A stretch of DNA of 62,231 nucleotides, filler included, from Asterionella formosa (lineage: Eukaryota), in NCBI GenBank assembly GCA_002256025.1. It is 14 parts of 14 records of this genome, joined end to end, with 100 filler letters (N's around TTAATTAATTAA, not from the genome) between each part and the next. Parts side by side here need not be neighbours in the genome. Positions count along the whole stretch, not along the records: positions 44,564 to 48,906 come from NKIB01013581.1; positions 49,007 to 53,348 come from NKIB01013582.1; positions 53,449 to 57,790 come from NKIB01013583.1; positions 57,891 to 62,231 come from NKIB01013584.1; 10 more parts are not named here. One strand, 5' to 3'. Under the pieces are notes generated by a model, which worked only from the letters and a program-made list of their open reading frames with translations, was not told the origin of the DNA and made no database searches. Shown here piece by piece: positions 47,440 to 59,699 of this stretch (positions are counted from its first letter, which is position 1; each line of letters begins with the position of its first letter). The position numbers and the translations under genes were made by a program.

Positions 47440-47600
47440 TGTATATTGAGTTGACCTATACCCATAAGCATGATGTGGATAGGGGGTCAAATGGTGAAAG
47501 CTCAGTAAAGCGTTAGTTATACATTTTTAACAAATTCATGAAGGATGCTGTGTGTTCGATTACCAGTATACTCTCAATCAATATTATTTCTGTAACCCTC
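47440..47600 (-). repeat. Repeat family A, old diverged reverse copy
   Basis: Reverse complement reads GAGGGTTACAGAAATAATATT...AAAATGTATAAC..ACGCTTTACTGAGCTTTCACCA. Confidence 0.6.
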
Positions 47601-47747
47601 ATTTGTGTTCGCAGATACGGGTACCGGTACTGGTTATCCTTTTGGGAATGATGTCATGATGATGTCGCGCTTGTTTTGGATGACATACGAGATCAAAGAT
47701 TCGCTCCATAAGGTGGTGTTCCGTCATAAATATGCATAGATATACAG

Positions 47748-48906
47748 TGTCAAGAATATAGCATCAATGGCTATAATGAGTCACAAGGACTGTGGACTCG
47801 ACTATAGTCCAATGAGTCAAATGGTGCGTTCCCATGTCAAGAAGCTTGCTAACGAGATTGATGTCTTAGATCAATCAGAAGAAGGTTTACATCAACGAAA
47901 AGGGAACACGAAGAACAGGTTCTCGAAGTGTGATGAATGGGATTGAAACTTAGTTTTAGTTTAATCTTATAATTAAGAAACAGTGAGAATTGACAGAGTA
48001 AGGTCAATAACGAAAACTAGCACAAAGGCTAGCAGCAGAAAGAAGATAACAATACTAGTGGTATTGCAGGTAAGTTCTACGTAAGAGGAACCCGTCAGAC
48101 GGGAAGGAGTACGAGACCTTTCAACACGCTTTAAAGCGTCCACTTTAAGGCCACAGGCTACTCAGGAACGATGGGAAGTGACGAAGACACGTCAGTGAGG
48201 TTGCCGACATTCGATGGGCAAGATGCTAAATGGCACATGTGGAAAGCGAAGTTTCTCGCATACGCGTGCTACAAGAACTTTCAAGAAATACTTAACGGTG
48301 ACGAACTACCCAGAGGAGAGAAAGACCTAAAGGGCGATACGATCGTGTTGTCGGATGCTGACGAGAGACGCATCCGAAGGAGCAACACAGTTGCTTACGC
48401 AAGTCTGATAATGGCATGCCAGAGTGGGCCATTCGGACACGTAAATAATGCAAGAAGTGCCGAGTTTCCTAACGGCAATGCTAAAGAAGCATGGGACAAG
48501 CTCATTTCGACGTATGAGTCAGGCAACATGGCGAATGTCATTGCCTTGTCCCACCAATGGACGAAGTGCACTCTAGGGGAAAACGAGAACCCCGACAGCT
48601 GGTATGTGGAGTTGGATCGAATCCCGGAACGATTGGGCAATACAAGCTCTGCCGTTTCGGATGGTGCCTATGTGGCACACATGATCAACAACCTACCGGA
48701 GAGCTACAAGAGTTTGGTAGTAGGAAGGTTCGGCCTGGCGCGCAACACGCTAACGGTCGAAGAGATTAAGACAGACATCCGGGACTACTACGATCTATAT
48801 GTCCGGGATGACGTCAAAACGACTGACAAGAACAAGAGTGAACAGGCCTTCTACACGAAAGGGAAGTTCAAAGGTGACTGTCGTAAGTGTGGCAAGTATG
48901 GCCACA
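47748..48906 (+). mobile_element. Ty1/copia retrotransposon 5' end: LTR (about 47748-48126) and gag ORF (48171 to contig end)
   Basis: Gag motifs LPTFDG..WHMWKAKFLAYA, AKEAWDKL, NNLPESY and zinc knuckle CRKCGKYGH; LTR TGTCAAG...TTTCAACA (left edge tentative). Confidence 0.88.
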
Positions 48907-49006
48907 NNNNNNNNNNNNNNNNNNNNNNNNNNNNNNNNNNNNNNNNNNNNTTAATTAATTAANNNNNNNNNNNNNNNNNNNNNNNNNNNNNNNNNNNNNN
49001 NNNNNN

Positions 49007-49132
49007 CTCATTTCCTGAACTGACATCAAAGTATAGAATGGGTGTTAGTCGAGTTCTCTCATTATTGAATTCCGATATATTTGACATAACCCCAACTCTA
49101 TATATATCTGTATCGATGTGCAGGATTGCTCA
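49007..49132 (-). mobile_element. Gypsy LTR 5' portion (same family as 38784-38978), cut by the contig start
   Basis: Aligns with 38853-38978 and ends exactly at the TGAGCAATCC LTR start. Confidence 0.85.
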
Positions 49133-49538
49133 CCTGGTACCTGGTACCGGTACTATTGTATCAGGTTGCTTGACCGGACACTCTGACACAGACGGAAAGC
49201 AAATACAATCTTGGTACCAGGTACATACGATAAATTCTTCACACGAGTGCAGCACAGGACGGAATCCAGAATCCATTTATATGACTCCCGTGATGATGTG
49301 CGTCGAAATTGGGCAGCAAGCACATCACAAAATATATATATGTAGCTACCGGTATAATGCATGTGTGAAAATCGTACATGAATTTGTACGGTTGACCTGG
49401 TATGTATACATGGTACTCAATGCACTATGTACCGGTATGCGCTCTATCATGTGACGATTAGAGCTAAATCTCGACCATACCCGCTATAATCATATGCTTG
49501 TTAGATGCTGGCACTCACTCTCTCACAACACTCCAATC

Positions 49539-51249
49539 ATGCCCTTATCCTCCGACCCTCCACCATTAGAATCGCAAGATGACATACTCGAAGCATCACA
49601 GTCGTCACTCGCGGAGCAAGTCGCACTAAGTGACTTGGAACTTCATCCATTCCGAGTTCAACATGGTTGTGACGCCATACAATTGCATCGAGGTGTTCGA
49701 TCTTGGGCTGCCATGACAACGAAAGGTGGCATTATAGGCATGTATGGTACGAAACGTGCAGAGTGTGTATTGCATGTATTCATTTATATGTATATACATA
49801 AACTTATACTACTTATCCATGGTCTATTATTCCAAAGAAACGCGAGATGACGCAATGCGGGCTGCGATCTTGTCCGTCATGAACGAGAATGACATTGTTC
49901 GCATTTTAACAGAGCAGGAGAGGGAACAGAAAGACCCATCCATGAAGCCTACTACTAATTCTAATACTTCTAGTACTACCGGAACTTCCAAATCGTCCTT
50001 CATGGTACTAGGAACGAACGACATTCGAAGGAAGAAAATTTCTCCTGCAATGGACAGCGCCGAAAAGTCTCCTCCTAAAGTGACTCATAATAAACAAGTA
50101 TTGGAGAAAACTGAATTGAATCAACGACAACAACCATCATCAGTGCCGCCATTGAAACGAACACTTAGCAAGAATGAAAAGGTGGTGGGACACTATACAA
50201 GTTCTCACAAGGCTCAAACTGGGACCACTGCTCAGAACGAATTAATTGAAGGAGGTACGTCCAATGAACTCATCATCGTCCCCGTCATGTTCTTTGTTAC
50301 AGTCGTTTTGGGACACTTGCTATAACAAAATCGTTTTCACACAGTATGCAAGCAAGGGGATGGAGTTTCGAAGGGAAGAAACTTCCAGTATACAGCCATG
50401 GGACAAATTCCAGTTGACACGAAGGAATCCAACAGCAACAAGAAACGCCATCGCGAGATGCCGGAAACCAATCCTAAATCATTGGCTATGAAACATGATT
50501 TTTCAACTACAGCGCCGTCCGGAAGCGGACCAACTGGGAATCGCGCTTCCTTGGCAATACCAGTTCAGAAAAAGATCACCGCAGGGAAATCCGTCAAAAA
50601 GACAATTGAACTGGTGGATGCAGAAACCAATGAATTGGTCATCTACTTTCGTAAAACCATCGATGCTTGCCGTACACTGGGGTTAACACGAAATAGTGTA
50701 TTACGGGCGTGTCAGGAGGGTATTGACGTACTGAAGGGATACAAGCTTCGCTATGGAGATATGTGTGAAGAATATAAGTCGTTTGAATTTGGAACAATTT
50801 CTATTGAAAACCTTCCACATTCTGATACACACGCCATTGGTTCTGATGTAATGATTAACAAAACTCGAGTGAAGGAAGCCGAATCGAAACCTAATGAAAA
50901 TAGGAACGAATCGAGACCTAATGGTAAAAGGAACGAATCGAAACCTAATGATAAAAGGAATGAGTCGATAGAGAAGGAAATGATGGTAGTGGCAACTACC
51001 CTGGTGTCAATGGAGTCTCAGCTACCTGCCTTGTCCAAGAGTTATGATATGAGGTGCATGATATGTCAGGAACAAAATGTGCAAGTCGTCTTTGAGCCGT
51101 GTTATCATTGTGTCTTGTGTTCGACATGTTCTTTACAATCTTGCAAGTCTTTTTGTCCTCTTTGTCGCACTCCCATCACAAAAAGGGTGAAACCAACAAT
51201 GGGCCGATTGTTGCAACCCCGAATCTACTCTGCATATTCGTTCATGTAG
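49539..51249 (+). CDS. AP2-like + NUMOD1-like + C3HC4 RING protein (exons 49539-49746, 49838-50254, 50345-51249)
   Basis: Two phase-1 GT-AG introns (91 and 90 nt) join three ORFs in frame. C-terminal CMIC..VVFEPCYHCVLCSTC..CPLCR RING; KKTIELVDAETNELVIYF..TIDACRTLGL..VLRAC..KGYKLRY NUMOD1-like HTH. Confidence 0.75.
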
Positions 51250-51320
51250 ACAACATGGAAGTCACAAAAGGCTGGATAAATGGAGTGCAGGCTTGGTACT
51301 ATAAAATTAATTAAATTGCC

Positions 51321-52290
51321 TCAATGAACAATTTTCAATGAAAAGTCCATACACGGATAGCCTTGAGTGAGTCTCCCTTGTGATATAATATCCACATGAT
51401 CACACAAATAGTCCTGCATGGTTTCTGTCGTAATGCCTCCACTTGCTTCGACCAAGATATGTGGAAATTGTGCTTTGAACGTGGCAGCATCCCTTTTCAA
51501 CCGTAAGGGTTCAAAATTGTCCAGCATGACAATCTAAAACAGTGCGTGTGGAATCAAAATAATGTTAGTAGCTTGATATAGGGAATCAATCCATTGCTGT
51601 TCAACCACTTTTTCGACTTACATCGGCACCAGCAGCTGCTGCTTCCAAGGCTTCCTCCAAGGATTGACATTCCACTTCAATCTTTTGCGAAAACCCCGCC
51701 GCTTCCTTGGCCTTGGTCACAGCATTAGTAATGCTACCAGTCGCCCATATATGATTGTCCTTGAGCATGACCATTTGACTCAAGTCCAACCGATGAGTAG
51801 CGGCTCCACCCACCAGCAATCCATACTTCTCCACAATCCGGAAGCCAGGTGTCGTCTTGCGAGTTCCCGCCACATGTCCCTTCCACCCCAAGGCCCGTGC
51901 CTGCATGACGGCACTACGAGCCTGCGTTGCTACCCCGCTGCATCGACTCAGAGCATTCAATGCTGTGCGTTCTCCTTGAAGTAACTTGTGCACTGGTCCG
52001 GAAATAACAGCCACACAAACGGGGAGTACAATGTCGTCGTCCACGTAGTCGCCTTCTTCGTAGTGTTCCTCCCAAGCAACGGTGCATCCCAAGTAATCAA
52101 AGACGGCCTGGCAGAAGGGCTTGCCTGCCAAGACGCCCGGACTCTTGAGCAGCAATCTGGCGCTTTGTGGGGCATCGCCCACCACCAGGCCTCCCACGTC
52201 AAAGCCAGGCAGGTCGTCATGAAGCCAACTGCGGATCAGAGATTCCAATTGGCCTTGAGGAAGGAGATGTTGAAAGGTCTTGCCGGACAT
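51321..52290 (-). CDS. nadC: Quinolinate phosphoribosyltransferase (exons 52290-51622 and 51533-51321)
   Basis: GERTALN, GTRKTTPG, HRLDLS.MVMLKDNH, KIEVEC, GAD|IVMLDN and EASGGI; 88-nt GTAAGT...TTTTAG intron. Confidence 0.95.
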
Positions 52291-53829
52291 TTGGTTTCGT
52301 TGAGGAGAGAGGAAATGAGAAATTGATCGGTTCGATGTATTGTATGAACTTTTTGTCACATATATAAATGTGTTGGATGGAAAGAGGTTATTCAGTCCTT
52401 TTATATATTAATATTTACTGTACGTACTATACATAGAAAGATATACCGGTATGTGATGTGTGAATATAGCAAGTCATTGTAAAAATATAAATTTATCATT
52501 GAAGGTTACCTACCGGTAGTTATTTATACCAAGTCTGGACTTGAGTCCAAAGTCTGACGCCACCAAGTCAGACTTGATGACAACTAACCACGGTTATTAC
52601 CTATAGTAAAGCAGTATTAATAACCTGGTTATTATATACCAAGTCAGAAACACTTTACACTATTATTCAGTGATGAACATCAGTATAAACCAGATTGTCG
52701 CTCACCATCATTATAGTCTTACTGGTGATACTGCAGTAGAGGCACCGGTATGGTAAATCCAACATTGTAGTAATCCTGTCTTCCATTAAAATCGCTAAAC
52801 AATCATCCCAATCCATTCCTCCTGCTCCGAAGTCGTCATCATCGTGATCGTGCTCATGCTCATGCTCATGCTCGAGGCATAAATTCACGCCTTGTATCAT
52901 TTGTCATTGTGGATTCTTTTTAGCAGGAGTGCGATGAGCCTTGGCTTTGCAGAACTTTTTCATAAGCGACTGCTGTGAGAGCCACACCTCCTCGTCGTTG
53001 CGTTGTTGCTACGCAACCACGTCGTCTTCATGTTATCCTTTGTTGTATCTTTTTGAATGCACATTCAAATACAAATGCAAGAAACGTTGGCCTTTTTGGC
53101 ACTTCGCTATAGATGCTCCACAAGATTGCAAACATGAACCATTCCGTTGCAGACGACGACACAAAGGTTTTCAGGCCTGTCAATCGATGAAAATTGGTTG
53201 ATAATTATGACATACAAAGCGGTTTTGTGACTGCTCATCATCGCATGGCGGCTGCTCTGAATCCTAAAAGGACAGAGGAGGACATGATATCCTTTCATCA
53301 TGATGCATGCAAAATAGTACTATTTTGAATCTCTGGCCCAAATTAAACNNNNNNNNNNNNNNNNNNNNNNNNNNNNNNNNNNNNNNNNNNNNTTAATTAA
53401 TTAANNNNNNNNNNNNNNNNNNNNNNNNNNNNNNNNNNNNNNNNNNNNTCTTATATAGCACTGGTACAGTACATGGTGGTCCACAGCCATAACAATGAAT
53501 TGTGAAACTGGTAAACCTGGCTAATAATAATAGGACAACTGCTATTCTACCACTGGAATGGTACCTTGTACTCCATCTGTCCATTTGTTAAATCAATATC
53601 ATTATACCTGTCTGTTTCATTGTCACCTATAGTTAATCAAAATCTGTATGAAGTTTTCCAGAGGAACTGCTGTGTTTCCATTTTCCAATCCTAGAAATGA
53701 GCGCCTGATTATCAATATAAACTGGCAATAAAATCCCCTGCAGACTGGTGCAGACTTGTCCATGATGTACAGGCTCAAAGGACCAGGCCTATCTACAAAT
53801 AGGAAACATATTTGTGACAACAAAAATAT

Positions 53830-54712
53830 CATTGGCGATCCACAATGTGGCCTACCACGATGACATGGTGGAGATATATATCATTACAAAAGCAGGGTGG
53901 GATACACGCGAAATTTATGACATGGTAGACTGGGAAGCAAAATGGGAGGCAAGTAAAACAATCAGAGGATGACGGAAAATGACATTTTTTCAATTGGAAT
54001 TAATCTGCTGGCAACATTCCGCCACTGAAACAAATATGACAAGAGTGTGGAAAAAATGTTTTAGGTGTAAATGCCGCAATGAGGACATCAATCACGTGAT
54101 TGTGTCTGGTCACCAAATCCGCGTGAGATGAGCCATGGAGGAAACATGTAGCAATCATGGGGCCAGGCGCATGTCCTTTTGTGACCACTACCAAATTGAA
54201 AGATGGTATAAAACAGTGGCTAGGAAACAAAAACCCATGATACGGAGGACCTTTTCCACATTTGTTGGATGTGGTATGGTCTGACTGTTGAGGCATACTT
54301 AAATCAGATCGATATTGGGTGGTATCAGGTGTTGAAAGGGAAAGTGAGTAAATGGTGGGGAGCAGCAACAATTACACATTGTAAAGAGAAGGGTGACAGT
54401 GATCTGGCGGAAAGGTGGAGTGCACAGGAGGTAATATCAAGTTTATGGGTTGCTAATGGCCATAAAAAGTTGGATTCTTAGAAATGAAGATTTGTATGGG
54501 AGGCGGAAAAGGAAAGATTAATTAAATTAATGGCAGAGGTGGATTCGAAAATCAGGGATAAATGTATATATGATCAACAGAGGGTCCTGGAAAGTGATAA
54601 ATTCTTTTTCTTGCTACCAACAGTGGAGGTTAGAATCAAAAGATACAATCTACAGCAGAAACGGTTATGGTTGGAAATGGTGGACCTCGCTTTAACATTT
54701 GGGATCAACTGA
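53830..54712 (+). mobile_element. Decayed non-LTR retrotransposon (LINE, possibly Ambal-like) C-terminal region
   Basis: Broken frames retain VDWEA, a CCHC finger (CFRC...EDINHVIV), Q.DIGWYQVLKGKVSKWW and WILRNE motifs. Confidence 0.55.
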
Positions 54713-55786
54713 ACAGGGAATTCTACAAATTTCGGAGGGAGCATTGGTCTAGCACCTGTATGGACATGTGGACCTGAGAGGCGTTCATCTTAGCTCAGGA
54801 AGAAACCTGAGTGAACGTGATTGTGTGTCTCCACAGGCACAAGCACAATTTCTAGTTGCAGTAATGTACTTTACATTTTTTGTGAAACATCTGTCCAATA
54901 TTAGTTGCATCGATAATTCAAACTCCTTCGAGAACATTTTGACTGCTACTACGATGATTTTCTCTGTCTTAATTGCCCTATTTTTGTGCGTCTTGCCCCA
55001 AGCTAGTACAGATCCATGTAAAAAAGATATACATATATATAAAGATTAAAATTGGCAACTACTGGAGCACATTTGAAAAAGACGTTTTGGTGCTTTTTCG
55101 ATTTTCACTTTTGCTTATCTCAAGAAAATGCAAATGCAAATGCAAGAACATCTATTTTTCTTCAAACTATCTACTTTCAACATACATACGAATTAGGATA
55201 TAACAGTAAAACAATGGCAACTTTTTGCCTTCCATCATGGACTACGCAACCGTGAAAGTGGCAATGATGGGAAGGACGAAAATGTTGGTATGCTTGTTTT
55301 GAGGATTGTTACAATTAAATATCTGGAGGTGCAGTGAATGTAAATGTAAATAACATAAGAAAGTATATGAAATTATGGATATTCTAGCAACTCATGTTAT
55401 AATTATGAGAAGGTTGTGTTTTATTCGGATTGCTTCAAAAATTCGAGAGTGGCCGGCTGATGTAAAAGAACCTTTGGCGATATGCACATGCACACAATGA
55501 ATATATTTATGTTTAACTGGCTGTTATATTTATTAAGATGCTCATAACTTAATTACAGAAATATATTTTATGTTCATCTCTATGTAGCTAACTCATAAAA
55601 ACGCATTTTTTCGAGTAGGCCGACCTCACGTAGAAAAATGGTACTATGTTGTCTATGTAATCCATCCTAAAATCAGCTGCTTGGCAGTTGAGGTTTGGAA
55701 AATCAATGCAATTAAGATTGTACAGAGGAAGTACTCTGTAGCAGTAGATAGGAACAAGTTATATAACTTAGCTACGACGGATAGTC

Positions 55787-55995
55787 GGGGAATGACTTAG
55801 TGGTTTTTACGCTTTCTACAGTGGTGGCAAGTTCGATTCCTGCATTCCCACACATTTATATTTTATATATTCTCTGGGGTTCCGGGTGGTGCGTCTGACA
55901 AAAAAGCCAATGGACCAAAAAACTGGTACTAATTTTTACATTCATATTGGCACAAGTTCGATTATTGGATAGCTTAAACATGTGATAAGATTTAA
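55787..55995 (+). mobile_element. tRNA-derived SINE, older diverged copy
   Basis: GGGGAATGACTTAGTGG...AGTTCGATTCCTGCATTC head; the body aligns with the reverse copy at 57332-57567. No clear TSD. Confidence 0.7.
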
Positions 55996-57331
55996 TATAT
56001 ATCATCTAATAAGTATGATCATTTTCGACATAAATTAAATAATTACCATCTTCACTATCCATTCAATTATTATATTTATTGTTTCTATTATATTCCTATG
56101 TTTCAGTTTCATCCTAGGATGATGTACCGTCAAAAGTAATGTGATTTTTGGTTCATCATCAGCAGTCACTCTGTTTTTGTTGATGGCATATTACAAATAG
56201 GAAATAGATATTGCAATGTGCATGTCTATGCTTATATCACCATGTGTTCATCAATCATTGTTATCCTGTGTTACACAGATATCACATATATCACCATTTG
56301 GTCACTCATCAATATATTTTGTCAACAGCCATCACGCGATACCATATAGTATATATGTATGAAATTAGTTGATATACAATTATTTCTCTGCTCAACAAAT
56401 CATCCAACAGCCTATCAGATGTAGGCTTGTACATGTCTCCTTTGAAAAAAGCGACTAGCCACGTAAATACATTGATCTTCTGATATTGAGAAGAATGTAT
56501 CATGGACAAATTCCAAGTCAAGGAGAACCGATTTCACCTGTTTATAGAACCAGGAAATGATCATTGATGAAACATAACTGACACATCCTTATTGATTCTT
56601 TCAGGACAATCGAATAGAAATAGAATTTGTAACAAGTTATAAGTGACAGTGTTGAATCAAAGTATTGATGTTTACCTTTGCGATAATCGACTGATACATT
56701 ATTTTACAGAAATATACAAAAAACCATCCATAAGTGCTAAGTCAATATAGAAACAGAAGGGCTTGTTGTAGCGTAAACAAGCAATACAAAAGTAACAACT
56801 CTCTGTTTCTATTGTTAATGTGTTTAGGAGAACAAAAAGAATTATAAACGGACCTGAATCTCCATTTGGTAGGACGGATGGAAAAGAAAAAAGCAAGAAA
56901 ATGTCAAGCCGGAGTAAGAGATAAGGGGATAAAAGAGCAATCAGTGATACCAGGGAAAGTGACAGGCGAGCAAGATGAGAGGTAAGTTAGCAGGTTGAAT
57001 TTCTATTTATGTTTAAATAACAATCAATTTCAACATATTTCGAACAGTAAATTTGATTAGAATTACAATCATGCTACGATCATATACTAGTATCATGATG
57101 AAAGAATTCACAGCATATTAGGATAAAGCAAATTTATGATGTGTTTAAAAAAAATTATGCTCGCCATTGATCATGAAAAATAAGAATAGAAAACAAAGGT
57201 TGATGATAAAATATGCTGCAATAATCATGATGCTTAATCCATGCAATAATAGATTGCTGAAAAATTATGGAAAGTGATGGTCCTATAAGTATGGTAGAAC
57301 GATCACCTTTATAGTATGAATTGATCATACA

Positions 57332-57567
57332 AAAAATGGTCGAATAAATCTTATAGCACGTTAAAGCTATCCAATAATCGTAGTCGTGTCCACTTGAATG
57401 AACACAATTAGGACCAGTTCTATTCGTCCATACGGTACAACGGGACCTGTATCCTTGTCAGCCACACACTCCGGAACCCTAGGGGCTACATAAATGGACG
57501 ACAGGTAGAGAATGCAGGAATCGAACCCGCCACCTCATAAGGCGTGCTAACCACTAAGCCATTCCCC
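57332..57567 (-). mobile_element. tRNA-derived SINE (236 bp) with a perfect 17-bp target-site duplication
   Basis: The minus strand starts GGGGAATGGCTTAGTGGTTAGCACGCC..GGGTTCGATTCCTGCATTC; TATGAATTGATCATACA at 57315-57331 and 57568-57584. Confidence 0.85.
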
Positions 57568-58569
57568 TATGAATTGATCATACATGTAACTGTAAAAGTA
57601 TTATTTAGTAAAAATCCTGTACCACTTAGGGTACAAGACCCTTGATCCTATTTACATGATACTTTGTATTTGTGGACGTGAAAAATGCAAATGCTATTGG
57701 CCAGTAAAATAGAATCAGTGATTCCATTGAAATCTCGTACATTTTACGATTTCTTTTCCCAGTTCGCTCCTTCCAAGCGGCGTACCTTCANNNNNNNNNN
57801 NNNNNNNNNNNNNNNNNNNNNNNNNNNNNNNNNNTTAATTAATTAANNNNNNNNNNNNNNNNNNNNNNNNNNNNNNNNNNNNNNNNNNNNCGCTAATTGA
57901 AAATGATCAATACTATTTCAGATTGCGATGTTATGCTGAAGACTGCCTTGATAGATGGAACAGAAGTGTAGGCGAGCGAGCTGTAAACGAAGAAACGATT
58001 ATTTCCAGTAGGAGGCAGCTGGGAAACCTTCCTGCGAAGTAGTAGGGAGATATAAAAACACTGAAAAGAAAACTAGACTACTTGTTCTAGATATAAACGC
58101 CGTAACGTTGCGCCACTCCCGAAATCGCAAACTTTGTCATCGATACATTGATTTGATGATGCTCTCCGAGCTGTGCGGCAGTACAAGGTACCGCCGTTGG
58201 CTATGTACCAGGTACCTAGGACCACTTTATCCGTGTGTTGAATTTCAACTTTATGACCTTGAACTTTACTCGTTGATTTGAGGAAGAACAATTGATCGGT
58301 CGAGCCATTGACGTTTGTACGACCAAAACTCAGAACGAGACGCTGTTACGGGGTTCGGGTTACATTGTACCTGTATGTGGTCTTATGTACACTTAGTGGA
58401 TGTTACATTTTCCGTACCTATGGAACTTGATTCCGTATGTATGACGTACATACTGTAGAAGTACATTTTAACCCACAATTGGAACCAGGAAAGGTCCGGC
58501 AAAACACGTTTGTCATTAAGAAAAGATTAAGCTAAATATCTCGATTTCCGGACCTTGCAGGTAATTTCG

Positions 58570-58812
58570 GTTACCGGTAGTTAAAAAGGTGCGTATCGGT
58601 ACCCTGGTACTTACTCCACTGACGATGTCGGAGCCGAAGATAATTACGGTCGACGAGACAAGGTACCACCTGTCCACCTGGTACCTACCTAGGTCACAGG
58701 TAGTCCAGTTACCTGGTATTGGTACAGTACCAGGTACCAGGTAGGAAGCAGACTTAAAGAAATGCATTTACCAGTACCAGGTACCAGGTACCGGCAGATA
58801 AATGCTGGTACT
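58570..58812. repeat. GGTACCAGG / TACCGGTA motif cluster
   Basis: Tandem (GTACCAG)n runs; similar clusters at 23495-23540, 23670-23712, 40545-40590, 49133-49155 and 59130-59260. Confidence 0.85.
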
Positions 58813-59699
58813 GTAGTGATTAAATGTCATTTTCCTTCATCGTGTCGTTTCATGATAGATAAATAAGTAAAACAATAAATGAGGTTAGCTACACAGATAA
58901 TTAATTCATGCATCTCTATTGTACAGGTAACAGGTACCTCCTACCTCTAGTATGATATTGTAACATCCAGAGAAAAGTTGATTGTACACATGCATGTTCG
59001 CTGGCTTATCACCTTGAAACGGTGACGCGTCACCGTCCTCAACCGTTTTATTAGTGGTCAAAGTTGTCCTGCGATCAAAGGATTTGGTATACCGGTTTAT
59101 GAGTGCTTGTTCATGCATGAATCAGAACGGATACCTGGTACCAGATACGTACGTACCTGGGATGATTAATTTCGGATACCGGTACCAGGTAACGCTAGTC
59201 TGAATGGTACATTATGTAGGTCATTCTTATGTACCTTTGTCCCGCAAATAATGTACCAGGTAACCCAAGCGCATTTACATAAACTCTACAGATAACTTAC
59301 AAAAAGTCTGTCGTGAATCCTAGATGTAGCATCATTAGTTAGGAAGTGACGTAATGTATGAACATCAATGCTATATGCCACATGAGTCCTGGTACTGGTA
59401 ACAAGAATGAAATGAGAAGCAATGACATTTTGTATTGCGGACCAATCCGTGAAAACACTTTTTTACGGTAACCTGATTTCAATATGTCATATTTGCATTG
59501 AGCCCAACAAGAATTAACGTTAGCGTTTCGTCATGATTCTTCAGCTTGAACCATGATTGGTACGCGATAACGCTACGTAGGTCTTCCCGGGTAGAATTGA
59601 GCTAACCAAAAGAGGCACACTGACCAATTTCGGATTTGACCTTGTGATACACTCCCTGTAGAATTTCTGTAGGATCTTGTATTATTTTTACTTCTTCAA

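Noticed and set aside
59521..59575. Hammerhead-like core on the minus strand (CTGAAGA-ATCATGAC-GAAACGCTA with upstream TAGCGTT)
   Set aside because: Stem III can form, but stem I does not pair and stem II lacks its closing pair; at best a decayed ribozyme. A covariance-model hit or intact paralogs would revive it.
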